A stretch of DNA of 64,000 bases. Source: Fibrobacteria bacterium. Its GTDB lineage: Bacteria > Fibrobacterota > Fibrobacteria > UBA11236. Below are positions 44,950 to 56,329 of the stretch, piece after piece; position 1 is the stretch's first letter; each line of letters begins with the position of its first letter. Location of the stretch: assembly GCA_041746255.1 (NCBI GenBank), contig JBGTHM010000115.1, positions 32,001 through 96,000 of the forward strand, written 5' to 3'. A model generated the notes under the pieces. The model had not been told where the DNA came from, made no database searches, and saw only the letters and a list, made by a program, of their open reading frames with translations. The position numbers and the translations under genes are program-made.

Positions 44950-46476
44950 TCAGATCTTTTCCAGCATCCCCAGATTCAGCTTGGAAAAACTTTTGCCGTC
45001 ATAGGTTATTTGCACCGCCATTTCGCTATTTCCGTCCACTTCCACGGTTTCCAGGTGGACCGGGCGGTCCCACAAATATTGGATTTGCCGCATTACCTGG
45101 CGGGAACTGTCTTCGTCCAACGACATCCCTTCATAATAATGCTTGAGGTAAAGCTCACTTTTTCCGCCATAATCGCCGTCTTCCACCTTAATCAAGGGGA
45201 TGCCGGAATGGGCGAAGGAGCGGACAATGGTGTCTTTAATCGACCTCCAATCGGTTTCCTCCACCACAAACTCCTCCACATTGCCCCGGTTCTTGGACTG
45301 GTAAATATACAGTTGGGCGTCTTCAACCACCTCTTTGTTCATGAACTCGTCCAGAAAAAACCAATCCATATGGGTCCGGCGCACTTCAAACACTTTTTCC
45401 AGGCCTTTGCCCACTTTGAGGTCGATGTCCCATTTGTCCGGCGATTCGTCGCGTTCCCATTCGGGCCCGAATTGTCCGGTGTTATAGCGTTTCTCGATAT
45501 TCAAAAAGGTTTTGATTCCCAATAAATACGGGTTCATCCCGAAGGGATTGCTGGCCAAGACCCGGGAATTGTACAGATTGTAAAAACCGTGCTCTTCCTC
45601 GCTTAAAAAACCGTCTTGAAAGAGACGGGACATGATGCGCATATGCCAGAAAGAGGCCCATCCCTCGTTCATCACCTTGGTTCGGCGTTGCGGCATGAAG
45701 TATCGGGATTGTTCCCGGATGACGCTGAGAATATCCAACTCCCACTCGTCGAATTTACGCGGGGAGTGGCGCATGACGAATTCCATCAAATCGGTTTGCG
45801 GTTCAGCGGGGATTTTCTTCTTGGCCTGTTTGATCTCCTGTCGCTTCTCCTCGAAGGTTTTTACGTTTTTCTGTTTCTCAAAATCGAACATGTCCCCGTA
45901 TTTTGCCGTTTTCTCTTTGGGACGAATCAGGGGTTCGGCCTTCTTCTCTTCGCGCGCCGACCTATCCGCGCCGAGAAAATCGGTGTCGACGTTCATCTGG
46001 ATGGACTGGGCGGCGTCGATAAGCTTTTCCACCTCGTTAATGCCGTAAGCTTCCTCGTATTTGCGCATACGGGAAGCCGATTCGCTGGCGGAAGTCACCA
46101 TATCCTTGCGGGTAGGAACGAAATGCACGTTGTTTTTCATGAAATCGTTATGGCCGTAAACATGCGCCATCACCAGGACCTGGATAGGATACGGATTGTT
46201 GCGCATCAAAAAGGCCCGGGAAGGGTTTGAGTTGAGCACCACTTCATAGGGAATGCCGCCGGAATATTCGTATTGCGTGCGCTGCTTTTCGAAATCGCGC
46301 CCGAAGGACCAATGGGAATAGTTGACGGGCAGATTATAGGACATGATTTCCAGCATTTTCTGGGCGGGAATCACGTCGAATTCCTGGGGATAGCAATCCA
46401 ACCCGTATTCGCTTACGATTTTCTGGATATGATTGTCCGCTCTCACGAGCCGCTTCAAGTCGTTTTTCATAGTCAC
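44950..46476 (-). CDS. spoVR: SpoVR/YcgB family protein
   Basis: HWSFG, YEVVLNSNP, AHVYGHNDF, TKVMNEGWASFWH, NPYLLG. Confidence 0.92.
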   Translation of the reverse strand: MTMKNDLKRLVRADNHIQKIVSEYGLDCYPQEFDVIPAQKMLEIMSYNLPVNYSHWSFGRDFEKQRTQYEYSGGIPYEVVLNSNPSRAFLMRNNPYPIQVLVMAHVYGHNDFMKNNVHFVPTRKDMVTSASESASRMRKYEEAYGINEVEKLIDAAQSIQMNVDTDFLGADRSAREEKKAEPLIRPKEKTAKYGDMFDFEKQKNVKTFEEKRQEIKQAKKKIPAEPQTDLMEFVMRHSPRKFDEWELDILSVIREQSRYFMPQRRTKVMNEGWASFWHMRIMSRLFQDGFLSEEEHGFYNLYNSRVLASNPFGMNPYLLGIKTFLNIEKRYNTGQFGPEWERDESPDKWDIDLKVGKGLEKVFEVRRTHMDWFFLDEFMNKEVVEDAQLYIYQSKNRGNVEEFVVEETDWRSIKDTIVRSFAHSGIPLIKVEDGDYGGKSELYLKHYYEGMSLDEDSSRQVMRQIQYLWDRPVHLETVEVDGNSEMAVQITYDGKSFSKLNLGMLEKI

Positions 46477-46503
46477 CTATCCCCATCCCATGATGGGATT
46501 ATT

Positions 46504-47865
46504 CTAATGCTTTTTCTCTCTTGAGAAAAAAACTTTGAGCGCCGGATAGACATGGGTTTTATTCTTGACCACCACTCCCGCCAAGGGCAGGTCTTGCCGC
46601 TGCGCCAGATAATATTCGAAATCGGAATCGCGATACGAAGTATACCGTTCCAGATTGAAGGTTTCTTCGAAACTTTTCATCAATTGTTGGCCATAGGCGA
46701 CCTCGGTACGGATTTCTCCATAGCCCAGCATATTGACCCTTTTTTCCAATAGCTTGCGGGCCGCATGCATGGTTTTGCCCGGATCCCAATCCTCGCCGTC
46801 GGAGAAATGGAAAGCGTAAATATTCCAATGACTGGGCGGGTATTCGTTGTCTATGAGCTGCGTGGCCATTTCATAGGCCGAAGCGCAAACCGTACCGCCG
46901 GATTCGCCTTTATGAAAGAACTCGTCTTCGTCCACCAGCTTGGCTTCGGAGGTGTGCGCGATGAAACGGATTTCCACCTTCCGGTATTTATGCTTCAAAA
47001 ATTGAACCATCCAGAAGAAAAAACTGCGGGCCAAATACTTTTTGGTGGTGGACATCGAACCCGATACGTCCATCATGGCCAGGATCACGGCATTGCTTTG
47101 GGTTTCCACATCCTCTTTGAGAACGCGGAAGCGCAAATCGTTTTTATTGATGAAGGGCTTCAGCTGGTCGGATTCCTCCGCCAGCTCCGATTCGTCTTGC
47201 AGTTTTCTGAGAAGTTCCAATGCCTTGATATAATCGCCACGCATCTTATTCAGGGCCTTGGTGCACAAATCAACCGGCTTTCCGCTTTCCTGCACCAATT
47301 GCGCGAGGGTTCCGGAACTTTTTTTAATGGCCTCGCGTACCGTTCTTTTCTTGTCGAGATTCGCTTTGATGCCGGTACGTTCGATGTTCTCGAAATTCCA
47401 TCCGGAGGGAACCAGGGTTTCCGCGATGTCTTTGCGGCGTAAATCGGGAAGCTGCAAATCGTCGAGCATCATGGAAATCAGTTCTTCGATATCCACCTCG
47501 GTTTCGAGATAATCGCTACCGGGGCCTTCGCCCGCCTTGCCGCCTTTTCCGGGCCCCTGTCCTTCTCCCTGTCCGGGAATGGGCCGCCTTCCGATTACGT
47601 CGCCTTTGCCTTGTTTCCCATGCCCGAGACCGTATTGTCCCCCGCCCTCGCCGGATCCTTTGCGGCGGCCATATTTGAATTCATAGGATTTGACCCCGCG
47701 GATGGGAATCTTGACGGTTTGGCCTTTGCGCTTCGTGATGATGGATTCTTCCGAAATCACATCCGCGATATTTTCGCGTATGCTTTCGCGGACTTTGCCC
47801 TGATGCCTGGCGACATCCTCCTGTCCGCGTTTCGAAAAGTCCCAGTCCACTTCCCTGACGGTCAT
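46504..47865 (-). CDS. yeaH: YeaH/YhbH (DUF444) vWA-domain protein
   Basis: Gly-rich linker, MMDVSGSM, FIAH, ESGGT, WNIYAFHFSDG. Confidence 0.9.
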   Translation of the reverse strand: MTVREVDWDFSKRGQEDVARHQGKVRESIRENIADVISEESIITKRKGQTVKIPIRGVKSYEFKYGRRKGSGEGGGQYGLGHGKQGKGDVIGRRPIPGQGEGQGPGKGGKAGEGPGSDYLETEVDIEELISMMLDDLQLPDLRRKDIAETLVPSGWNFENIERTGIKANLDKKRTVREAIKKSSGTLAQLVQESGKPVDLCTKALNKMRGDYIKALELLRKLQDESELAEESDQLKPFINKNDLRFRVLKEDVETQSNAVILAMMDVSGSMSTTKKYLARSFFFWMVQFLKHKYRKVEIRFIAHTSEAKLVDEDEFFHKGESGGTVCASAYEMATQLIDNEYPPSHWNIYAFHFSDGEDWDPGKTMHAARKLLEKRVNMLGYGEIRTEVAYGQQLMKSFEETFNLERYTSYRDSDFEYYLAQRQDLPLAGVVVKNKTHVYPALKVFFSREKKH

Positions 47866-47912
47866 GCTATCGCCTCCCGGAGCGTTCGCGCCTTGACGCG
47901 AACGCCTTTAAC

Positions 47913-49889
47913 CTATTCTTCTTTGCGCAGCACTTCGCCCACGTATTGCAGCAATTGCTCGGCGTTCCGCTCCGAATAACCCTTCGATTTAAGCGCGTCG
48001 ATGGCGTCTTGCCGCCGCTTCATGGCCTTGGGATCCTTTTTGTTGGGATCGGCTATGGTCAAGCTCACCACGTTTTTCAAATCGGCCATCAGCTTGCGTT
48101 CGATGGCTTCGTGCAGCGGCTGGTAAGATTTGAAATCGAAATCCTTGCCTTGATCCAAAGCATCCGATTTGAAAACGAAAATCCCCTGACGGAATTCCCG
48201 CTTGGCGTTGTCGGAGACGCCTATCATCTCTTCGATGCTGCGCAGCAGTTTTTCGTCGGGCTCGTGTTCTTCGCCGGTAACCGGATCGGTGATTTTCTTC
48301 TTGAGGCAATACGACGTGGTGTTCTTGATGTAATTGTCGAACAAGGCCTGCGCCTGGTCCTCGTAGGCGAAAAGGAAGGCCCGATTGACCTCCTTCTTGG
48401 CGATTTCGCGATACTCCGCGTTCACGCTGCCCTTATCGGCCATAAGCAGACGCAGATAACGTTCTTCCTCCTCTTCGGAAAATCCGATATGGTGGCCGAA
48501 ATTGTGGCGCATGGCCCTGAGCAAATCGAGCGGGTTGATGCTGCCGTCCTTTTCCTTTTCGGACAGGGCGACGTTAATGGCGTTGACCACGAAACGGGGT
48601 GAAATTCCCGACATGCCTTCGCCTTTTTTCTTGCCTTCGAGGCGCAGCGACTTCAAGTCCACCGGGTCTTTTTCCTGCTCCATCACGGACTCGCCATTGT
48701 AATACTTCATCTTTTTGATGAGGTCGGGGCAGAGATTCGATTCGACCAGCCGGGTCAGCACCGCGAACATGGCGGCCACTTCCAAAGTATAAGGGGCGAT
48801 ATCCATATGCGAGAATTGCGAACTGGCAATCATCTTCTTATAGATTTTCACTTCGTCTTCTACCCGCAGGCAATACGGAACGTAAATGGGATACATGCGG
48901 TCGTGCAAGGCTTCGTTTTCCTTGTTCGACTTGAACTTTTCGAATTCGGTCTGGTTGGTATGCGATAGAATGACCACGTCCGTATAGATTTGCGGAAAGC
49001 CGGGAGCCTTGATTAATTGCTCTTGCGCCACCGTGATGAGCACATAATGGAATTTGATGTCGCATTTCAGGATTTCGATGTATTCAATCAGACCGCGGTT
49101 GCTGATTTCCAATTCGCCGTCGAGATTATAGGCGCGCGGATCGGTCTCTCCGAATTCGGTGATCTTGGAAAAATCGACATGGCCTATCAATTCGGAGATG
49201 TCCTGATTCTTGGGATCGCTGGGCTGGAAGGTGCCTATGCCCCGGCGGGCGCGCTCGGAAAGCGTGATTTGTTTGACCTTGTACTTCTCCCAGAGCACAT
49301 TGCCCTTCTCGTCGCGGTATTCCGGAGTGTTGATGAGACGGTAACGGCAAATGGGGCACAAGTCGCCGTCGATTTTGGTTTTGAGAACCTCTTCCCATTT
49401 GGGACGGTCGGACCGGGGAATCAGATGCAGGGGATCCTCGTTCATCGGGCAGCCGTCGATGGCATACATGGGAAGCTTGGCGCTGAATTCTTCCAGGCGG
49501 CGTTTGAGCAGGGAGGCGATGGAGGATTTTCCGGAGGAAACCGGACCGACCAGGATGAGGATGCGCTTTCCGGTTTCCGTGCGTCGTGCGCCGGCATGGA
49601 AAAACTTTACGATATCGTGGATGGATTCCTCTTCACCGAAAATCTGGCCGTCGAAGAATTTGTAGCGGACCAAATCTTCATATCCGGGAAGTTCATTTCG
49701 TGTGGAAGGTGGTTCGGTGCCTTCCGAAATAATCATGTCATAGATGCGGGAAGGCGCGGACATGGCCAATCCCGGCTTCGCTTGCACAAGCTGGAGGTAA
49801 TCCAGACAGGTGCCCTGCCAGGAACTGGCTGATTTTTTCGACCTCGAGCTATCGATTATGGATTGAAAATCTTCGTTTTTATCCGACAT
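47913..49889 (-). CDS. yeaG: PrkA/YeaG AAA+ serine kinase
   Basis: GPVSSGKS, CPMNEDPL, GIGTFQPSDPKNQDISEL, SNRGL, NEALHDR, GISPRF. GGAGGGG RBS. Confidence 0.93.
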   Translation of the reverse strand: MSDKNEDFQSIIDSSRSKKSASSWQGTCLDYLQLVQAKPGLAMSAPSRIYDMIISEGTEPPSTRNELPGYEDLVRYKFFDGQIFGEEESIHDIVKFFHAGARRTETGKRILILVGPVSSGKSSIASLLKRRLEEFSAKLPMYAIDGCPMNEDPLHLIPRSDRPKWEEVLKTKIDGDLCPICRYRLINTPEYRDEKGNVLWEKYKVKQITLSERARRGIGTFQPSDPKNQDISELIGHVDFSKITEFGETDPRAYNLDGELEISNRGLIEYIEILKCDIKFHYVLITVAQEQLIKAPGFPQIYTDVVILSHTNQTEFEKFKSNKENEALHDRMYPIYVPYCLRVEDEVKIYKKMIASSQFSHMDIAPYTLEVAAMFAVLTRLVESNLCPDLIKKMKYYNGESVMEQEKDPVDLKSLRLEGKKKGEGMSGISPRFVVNAINVALSEKEKDGSINPLDLLRAMRHNFGHHIGFSEEEEERYLRLLMADKGSVNAEYREIAKKEVNRAFLFAYEDQAQALFDNYIKNTTSYCLKKKITDPVTGEEHEPDEKLLRSIEEMIGVSDNAKREFRQGIFVFKSDALDQGKDFDFKSYQPLHEAIERKLMADLKNVVSLTIADPNKKDPKAMKRRQDAIDALKSKGYSERNAEQLLQYVGEVLRKEE

Positions 49890-50123
49890 ATTATGTCTCC
49901 CCTCCCCTGATTGCATCTACGCCTGGTCTGGACGGCACCGGATTGCTCCGGGCGGAAATGCCGTCTTTCCCGATTTATGCCTGCGAGTCCTATCCGTTCA
50001 TATGATATACCACGCAAGCACTCGAATTCATCCTTTGTGTTATTTGAACCCAAGAAAAAATCCGGTAATTTTTCTAGCTTCACCCTCTAAAATATCAAAT
50101 TTGGAACCTGGAGGACAGAGCTT

Positions 50124-51356
50124 GTGGCCAGAATCAATGCCAATTTTCAAAAACTGAAGGCCGGATACCTTTTCCCGGAAATCGGAAAGCGGGTGCGACA
50201 ATATCAAGCCTCCCATCCGGAAGCGCGTATCATCAGGCTGGGAATCGGAGATGTGGTTCTACCCCTTCCCGCGCCAATCATTAAGGCCATGCATGCCGCC
50301 GTGGATGAAATGGCAGTGCGCGATGGTTTTCACGGATACGGCCCTGAACAGGGATATGACTTCCTTTTACAGGCCATTTCCGACCATTATCGTTCCCAGG
50401 GGGCGGAAGTCGCTCCGGACGAGGTTTTCGTCTCCGACGGTTCCAAATGCGATACCGCCAATATCCAGGAGATTTTCGCCCTGGAAAACACCATTGCCGT
50501 CACCGATCCGGTTTATCCGGTATATGTGGATACCAATGTAATGGCCGGGAGAACGGGAGCCGCCGACGCATCGGGCCGTTACGCCAATTTGGTGTATATG
50601 CCGACCACCGCCGAAAACGGCTTCGTGCCCGAATTGCCCAAAGGCCATGTCGACTTGATTTACCTGTGCTCGCCGAATAATCCTACCGGGTCGGTGATGC
50701 CGCGCGAGTCGCTGCAGAAATGGGTGGATTTCGCCCGTAAGAGCGGCTCCATCATCCTATTCGACGCCGCGTATGAGGCATTCATTACCGAACCGGGGCA
50801 AGTGCATTCCATTTTTGAGCTGCCGGGAGCGCGGGAAGTCGCTATTGAATTCCGCAGCTTCTCCAAAACCGCCGGGTTTACGGGGACTCGCTGCGCCTAT
50901 ACCGTGGTACCCAAGGAGTTGAAAGCCCGCAATGACAAGGGGGAGGAAGTAAGCGTGCACGGCCTGTGGAACCGGAGGCAAACTACCAAGTTTAATGGTG
51001 TAAGCTATCCCATCCAGAAAGCGGCCGCAGCGGTTTTCCGGCCGGAGGGCGCGCGGGCGGTGCGGGAGAACATCGACTATTATATGCAAAACGCCGCTAT
51101 CATCCGCGACGGGCTCGCGCAACTGGGATTCAAAGTCTACGGCGGGGTCAACGCTCCTTATATCTGGTTGCAGGTGCCTGCCGGCGAAACTTCCTGGGAA
51201 TTTTTCGACCGCTTGCTGAGCGAGGCCGAGGTAGTGGGAACGCCCGGGTCTGGTTTCGGAAGCGCCGGAGAAGGTTATTTTCGCCTGAGCGCCTTCGGCT
51301 ACCGGGAAAATGTGGAGGAAGCGATAGAACGCATCAAGAACCGCCTGAGAAAATAA
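50124..51356 (+). CDS. dapL: LL-diaminopimelate aminotransferase
   Basis: [47 protein letters not shown]. Confidence 0.96.
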   Translation: MARINANFQKLKAGYLFPEIGKRVRQYQASHPEARIIRLGIGDVVLPLPAPIIKAMHAAVDEMAVRDGFHGYGPEQGYDFLLQAISDHYRSQGAEVAPDEVFVSDGSKCDTANIQEIFALENTIAVTDPVYPVYVDTNVMAGRTGAADASGRYANLVYMPTTAENGFVPELPKGHVDLIYLCSPNNPTGSVMPRESLQKWVDFARKSGSIILFDAAYEAFITEPGQVHSIFELPGAREVAIEFRSFSKTAGFTGTRCAYTVVPKELKARNDKGEEVSVHGLWNRRQTTKFNGVSYPIQKAAAAVFRPEGARAVRENIDYYMQNAAIIRDGLAQLGFKVYGGVNAPYIWLQVPAGETSWEFFDRLLSEAEVVGTPGSGFGSAGEGYFRLSAFGYRENVEEAIERIKNRLRK

Positions 51357-51507
51357 TTCCACTGTAAAAGACCAGGATTTGGGGTTGTTACACCCCATAC
51401 TTTCACAGTTATTCGATTAAAAGCGATGGCGGACTTAGGGAAGACGACTCAGTGAGTTACCTTTGCACATGCGGGGAAACTCTTCAACACCCCCAAGGAG
51501 TGTATTT

Positions 51508-52041
51508 ATGGTCAAATATGGCCTGATTCTGTCATTTTTTCTGATTCTTTCCACCACGCGCGAGGCGCAGGCACAGGGTAACCTCGGTCTCGGCTTCGTG
51601 CTGGGAAACCCGACTGCCCTGAGCTTGAAATATTGGTTGTCGAAAAACAACACTGCCCTGGATTTCGCGCTAGGCACAGGAGGCTATCGCGGACGTTATT
51701 GCCATACCCACAACGGTAATACACATTGCCACAGGCGCGGATACGGGTACAACGATTTCCATATCGATGGCAATTACCTGTTCCACTATTTTTTCCGGTC
51801 CAGCGAAAAAATCGGGTTTTTCTACGGACCCGGCATCGCCATTGAAACCGGAAACCATTATTATGACCACCATGAAGATTACGACGGGGACTTCCGGGCG
51901 GGTCCGCGCGCTAAATTTGGCGTAGTCTGGATTCCGAAAGCCGTACCGCTTGACGTCTTTTTGGAATTGGCGCCCACATTCTATGTCATTGGCGGAGGCA
52001 ATACCGTCCACGGAGGCCTAGGCGTCCGTTTCTGGTTCTGA
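51508..52041 (+). CDS. Small outer-membrane beta-barrel (DUF3996-like) with His/Cys-rich loops
   Basis: Signal peptide, GLGFVLGNPTALSLKYW, PLDVFLELAP, C-terminal GVRFWF. AAGGAG RBS. Confidence 0.75.
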   Translation: MVKYGLILSFFLILSTTREAQAQGNLGLGFVLGNPTALSLKYWLSKNNTALDFALGTGGYRGRYCHTHNGNTHCHRRGYGYNDFHIDGNYLFHYFFRSSEKIGFFYGPGIAIETGNHYYDHHEDYDGDFRAGPRAKFGVVWIPKAVPLDVFLELAPTFYVIGGGNTVHGGLGVRFWF

Positions 52042-52042
52042 T

Positions 52043-54724
52043 TCAGCCTCTTGCGGACGGCACCGCCGGTGCCGTCCGCATTTTCTCTTCCCCACCCGAC
52101 CGCGCCAGATAATCCAAATAGGCTCGGCCATGTTTGCCCTGAATCTCACTGATTTCGCGAAACGAATCGCTTTGTCCCGATAGCGAAGAGGGCGTAATCC
52201 ACGCCAGCCCGGTGAATATCGGAATATGCATGAGCGGAAATTGGCGTCCCAATCGCAACCAGAAATCCTGGTCACCAATGGCTTTATACCGCCCGTCGAA
52301 ATAACCAATTATCGCGTGCGCTTCCCGTTTCCACATGGGATGCGGACCGACGCGGCAATTGTAGAGCAAATCGCGAAAGCTGTATTCCGGCCACAAAAAA
52401 ACGCCTCCATAATTCCTGCTCGGCGTATGCGATCCGAATTTTTCATGGGGAATGTCGGTAAGGTGCGAGTCGCCGTATACCAATGCCACTTCCGGATGCT
52501 CTTCCAGAGCGTTGCGCATGATGCGATAGGCGTCCGGGTTCAGTCGATCGTTGGTACTGAAAGGCGTTATGAACTTGCCGGAAGCCATTCGTGCGGCGAT
52601 ATTCCAGGCCGGATAGATTCCGATGCGCTCCGGAGTGCGCAGGTAACGGATATTGTCGTATTCCCGTTGGAATTCGCGGACGATTTTTTCTTCATCCTGA
52701 GGAGAATCCGCGTCGACGATTATGATTTCCAAATCGTCGGAAAGCGTTTGGCCTTCCAAATCCTCCAGACACTCCCGCATGAATTCGGCGGAGTTATACG
52801 TGGATACGATGGCGGAAACGGCATACTCGCGCCTGACGTAATTTTCATCGCTGCGCCGGCTTTGCGCGATAATGGAATCGGCCCATTTTTCTTCAACGGC
52901 GATATGGGCGCGCAAGACCGCGTCATGCACGGGATCCTGATCCAGAAAAGTGAAATAGAGCCCGCCGGCTTCCGCGAGCAAATTGCAAGCCTCCAGGGCG
53001 CGGCCCAATTCGAGCACCGCCCGGGCGTCGGTAGGATCGGATTTTACGGCGGACAGCAAATACGGTAACGCCTCGCGAACATCACCCCGCGCAAAAAGGT
53101 CTCGCCCGCGCTTGTGATTTTCCCCGGCATCGGCGTCGACAGACTCGGCACTGGGCGTTGTCTTCGTTTTAATCGACTCTGCCCGCATCGGCGCGGACGG
53201 CGCTTCGGCTTCCCCCAGGTTGGAAATTTCTTCGCGAAACCGGGGCCGATTCCTTTCCAAATGCCTACGCGCGCCGGCGGCCAATTCCTGCTGGCCAATG
53301 GCTTCCGCGACCGAAAGGAGGTGCCAATGCACACGCCAATGGGGAAATCCGTTTTTGATGGCCTCCATGAATTCTACGGCGGCTTCGGCCATGCTACCCA
53401 TATGCTTCATCACCAGGCCCGCCCAGAACCGAAGGTAGGGGTCCGTGGGAAAGCGCTGCCGATAGGCTCCGATTCCGCTCAGGAATGCCAGGCGGCTGGC
53501 CGACGCGATTTCATTATCCGCTTCGCATGCTTCTTCCAGGGTAGCGGGGTCGCGGCTTTTCGCATAGCATGCTCCGGCATCTCCCAGGGTTTCCAAAAAG
53601 ACCCGGGCGCCGGCGCCTGTCTCCGAAGGCGATACGAAGCCTTCTCGGCTTTTTTTCGGGCGCTTGAGCATGCTGCCATAGAGGGCATCCATTTTTCGGG
53701 CCGCGTTTTCGGCGCCGAAAATCTGTTCGGCATAGGTCCTGGCGTTGCTTCCCATTCGCACCCTTTCGGCCGGGTAGTGGAAAAGGTATTCGATGGCTTC
53801 GCGATACTCTTGCGGCGAATGCACCACCATACCGGTGAATTCATTGACCACCAGGCTTTTCACGCCGCCATGGGGAAACACCACGGGAGGAATGCCCGCA
53901 TACATGACTTCCTGAAGGTTCAGCTCCGCCGCGGCGTAGGTATCCACGCACAGGGGGTATCCGTACACATCCAGCACAGCCAGTACTTCCCGGATGTCTT
54001 CGACATACCCTTTGATCTCGAACCTGTTCGCAACGCCTAAGGCGGAAGCTTGCGCACGCAGCGAGTCCATGGCGCCGCCCGTACCGCACACGATGAAGCG
54101 GGACTCGGGAACACGCACGGCGGCCGACAAGGCCACATAGTCGGGATGCATTTTCAGGAAATCCACCGTTCCGATATATCCCACATTGAAACCGGAATGC
54201 GCGCGTTTTCCCAGCCCTTCCAGACGGGAAAAATCGGCCGCGTCGTAAACCATGGAAACGCGTTCCGATCGAGCGACGGGATCCATGGAATTGAAAACCT
54301 CCAATTCCCGGAAAGAATAGGGATTGCAAGGCACGTTGACGTCGGCGAGGGCCGCGAGGCGCGGGGTGATGATATGGGGAATACGATCTCCCGCGACATG
54401 GTAAAAAACCATCAACCGCATGGGCGGAAGGGAGCCGCAGAACAAATCATACATTTCCGGCACGTTCCACCAATGCAACTGGACGATGTCCGCGGCTGCC
54501 ATTTCGCGCAAGAGGGTTTCCCGATCGGGCGCCGACAGGATTCGCATCCCCGCAAGTCGCGCCAATTCAGCGGCCGCGGGTTCGACCGGCAGCAGGGACG
54601 CCACCGAATGACTATGCTTTTCACCGGATTGCGAATCGGACCCCGAATATTTCGCCATGGCGATCATCGATCGCGCCGCTCCGCCCAAAGTCAGGCCGTG
54701 GATGATGTGGAGTATGTCGGCCAT
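52043..54724 (-). CDS. Multidomain glycosyltransferase (GT4 + TPR + GT2)
   Basis: N-terminal GT-B (LTLGGA; ELNLQEVMYAGIP), central TPRs, C-terminal GT-A (VSAIVSTYN, IIVDADS, GDQDFWLR). Confidence 0.88.
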   Translation of the reverse strand: MADILHIIHGLTLGGAARSMIAMAKYSGSDSQSGEKHSHSVASLLPVEPAAAELARLAGMRILSAPDRETLLREMAAADIVQLHWWNVPEMYDLFCGSLPPMRLMVFYHVAGDRIPHIITPRLAALADVNVPCNPYSFRELEVFNSMDPVARSERVSMVYDAADFSRLEGLGKRAHSGFNVGYIGTVDFLKMHPDYVALSAAVRVPESRFIVCGTGGAMDSLRAQASALGVANRFEIKGYVEDIREVLAVLDVYGYPLCVDTYAAAELNLQEVMYAGIPPVVFPHGGVKSLVVNEFTGMVVHSPQEYREAIEYLFHYPAERVRMGSNARTYAEQIFGAENAARKMDALYGSMLKRPKKSREGFVSPSETGAGARVFLETLGDAGACYAKSRDPATLEEACEADNEIASASRLAFLSGIGAYRQRFPTDPYLRFWAGLVMKHMGSMAEAAVEFMEAIKNGFPHWRVHWHLLSVAEAIGQQELAAGARRHLERNRPRFREEISNLGEAEAPSAPMRAESIKTKTTPSAESVDADAGENHKRGRDLFARGDVREALPYLLSAVKSDPTDARAVLELGRALEACNLLAEAGGLYFTFLDQDPVHDAVLRAHIAVEEKWADSIIAQSRRSDENYVRREYAVSAIVSTYNSAEFMRECLEDLEGQTLSDDLEIIIVDADSPQDEEKIVREFQREYDNIRYLRTPERIGIYPAWNIAARMASGKFITPFSTNDRLNPDAYRIMRNALEEHPEVALVYGDSHLTDIPHEKFGSHTPSRNYGGVFLWPEYSFRDLLYNCRVGPHPMWKREAHAIIGYFDGRYKAIGDQDFWLRLGRQFPLMHIPIFTGLAWITPSSLSGQSDSFREISEIQGKHGRAYLDYLARSGGEEKMRTAPAVPSARG

Positions 54725-54847
54725 TTGGAGTTTCCCTTTTCCGATGCGGAAACGGCCTCGCGAAGCGGCCTTTTTCCACGGGCTTGATGGTACGATTTTA
54801 TCATTTCCCAGCCGCAGGGTAAAGGACGGGATGCTTAGGGAGAAGCG

Positions 54848-56143
54848 TTATCGTTTTCCCGTGCAATAAACCAATATGCGAGGACTATTCGGAGGCGGGT
54901 TGGGAAATTCTATGGTTTCGATTTTACGGAAGTGGGGCTCGAAAGCCTTTCGGAACGATTCCAGAGTATACCAAGCCGGAAGCGGATCGGGAAGCCTTCG
55001 GACGCCCCCCAATCCATTGGGCATGAATTCGGTCAACAATCCTTCGGTCGAATAGGAGGACAATACCTCGGCAATATGTGCGAAAGGAAATCGCTGACCC
55101 AGCGATAAATGATGCGAAAGCGCGAGGGCCAGCGCCATGTCTCCGCTGACGGGCGAATTTTTCTGTGGAGCCGAAAGGTCCCGTATCGCTCCGGTGATGG
55201 ATAGGTTTTCCGGCACCTGCTTGAGCATGCCGTGCAAGCGCTCGATGGCCCCTTCATCGAAATCGGCGGCGAAAGTTTGCGCTCCCATCCGCGCCGCCAG
55301 CAGGGAAAAACGGCCTGCATTGCACCCCAAATCCACGACGCGTTTGGGCTTGGCATTGGCGAGCACGGTTTTGATGGCGTGGTTGCGGCCATTGGACTCA
55401 TCTAAGTCGGCAGTCGGGCCTTTGCCTCCGGAATGGTATTCCTTCCAAAAAGTGTCCAATTCCGGAAATTCAATATTCGTCACGAAAGCACGCGCCGTTC
55501 GCAGCCAAGCTTCGCGACTTGCGGAAACCGGTTTCAAATTGATCTTCTCGCCTACCAGCGCGGAAAATTCGACGTCGGAAAGCCCTCCCGCATGCGACAA
55601 TATCCTGCAAATGCGACCCAGTGCCGGGCTTTTGGCATAGAGTAGGAGAGGATAGAGAAAATTGTTGGCGAATTCGGCTGGGAACGACTCATTGGGAGGC
55701 AGGTTACCTAGCGGGAGTATGGATCCCAGATCTATCCAAACCGGCGCGCCTCGGCCTTGCTGTTGAATATTGGCGGAATGGTAATCGATGGTACCCATGC
55801 CATATTTCAAAAGTTCGATGTTGAGATCCAGTACGCATAAAGCCGCGTCCTTGAGAAAAGTGCGGCTCCAATCCCCCGCTTTGGTGATAAAAGGAATCTT
55901 TCGATGGTGCAATACTGAAGCGAAACCCGGAACATGCAAATCCGTAGGACGCGTTTCCACCAGCAGGCCCGAGCGGACCAGATTTTCGATTATCCCTTTG
56001 CGAAACAATTCATCCATGAACGCCGCGGAGGCAGGATAAATCGCGCGATAGAACTCCCCTTCATGCTCGAATACCCGCCCATGCGGGTCGAGGAACCGAA
56101 CACCCATCCATTTGACCGATTCGGGCGCCAGGGTTGTGGCCAT
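54848..56143 (-). CDS. NoeA-like SAM-dependent methyltransferase-domain protein
   Basis: 'FLDPHGRVF', LKDAAL, WIDLGS, DLGCNAGRFS, LALALSHHL. Confidence 0.7.
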   Translation of the reverse strand: MATTLAPESVKWMGVRFLDPHGRVFEHEGEFYRAIYPASAAFMDELFRKGIIENLVRSGLLVETRPTDLHVPGFASVLHHRKIPFITKAGDWSRTFLKDAALCVLDLNIELLKYGMGTIDYHSANIQQQGRGAPVWIDLGSILPLGNLPPNESFPAEFANNFLYPLLLYAKSPALGRICRILSHAGGLSDVEFSALVGEKINLKPVSASREAWLRTARAFVTNIEFPELDTFWKEYHSGGKGPTADLDESNGRNHAIKTVLANAKPKRVVDLGCNAGRFSLLAARMGAQTFAADFDEGAIERLHGMLKQVPENLSITGAIRDLSAPQKNSPVSGDMALALALSHHLSLGQRFPFAHIAEVLSSYSTEGLLTEFMPNGLGGVRRLPDPLPAWYTLESFRKAFEPHFRKIETIEFPNPPPNSPRILVYCTGKR

Positions 56144-56329
56144 GTGGACATCCTTTATTCATCCGTGATCTTACCGACTTATGGGATAAGACCGATTGCC
56201 TGAACCGTAGTGTAACAGAAATGGACGGTAAAAATCCACCGATAGATAATACCCTGACAATCCTTGCCTCGACCCGGCCCGCTATGTTTTAATGGGAAAG
56301 CATGGCGTCATAACGCCTCGGGAGGGAAG

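Noticed and set aside
44950..49889. yeaG-yeaH-spoVR as a novel or sporulation system
   Set aside because: Widespread known three-gene module in non-sporulating bacteria. No sigma54 element was found upstream by eye.
51380..51397. Third TGGG-N10-CCCA palindrome, upstream of the His-loop barrel gene
   Set aside because: No GG-N10-GC element found downstream. It lies just after the dapL stop and fits a terminator-like hairpin equally well.
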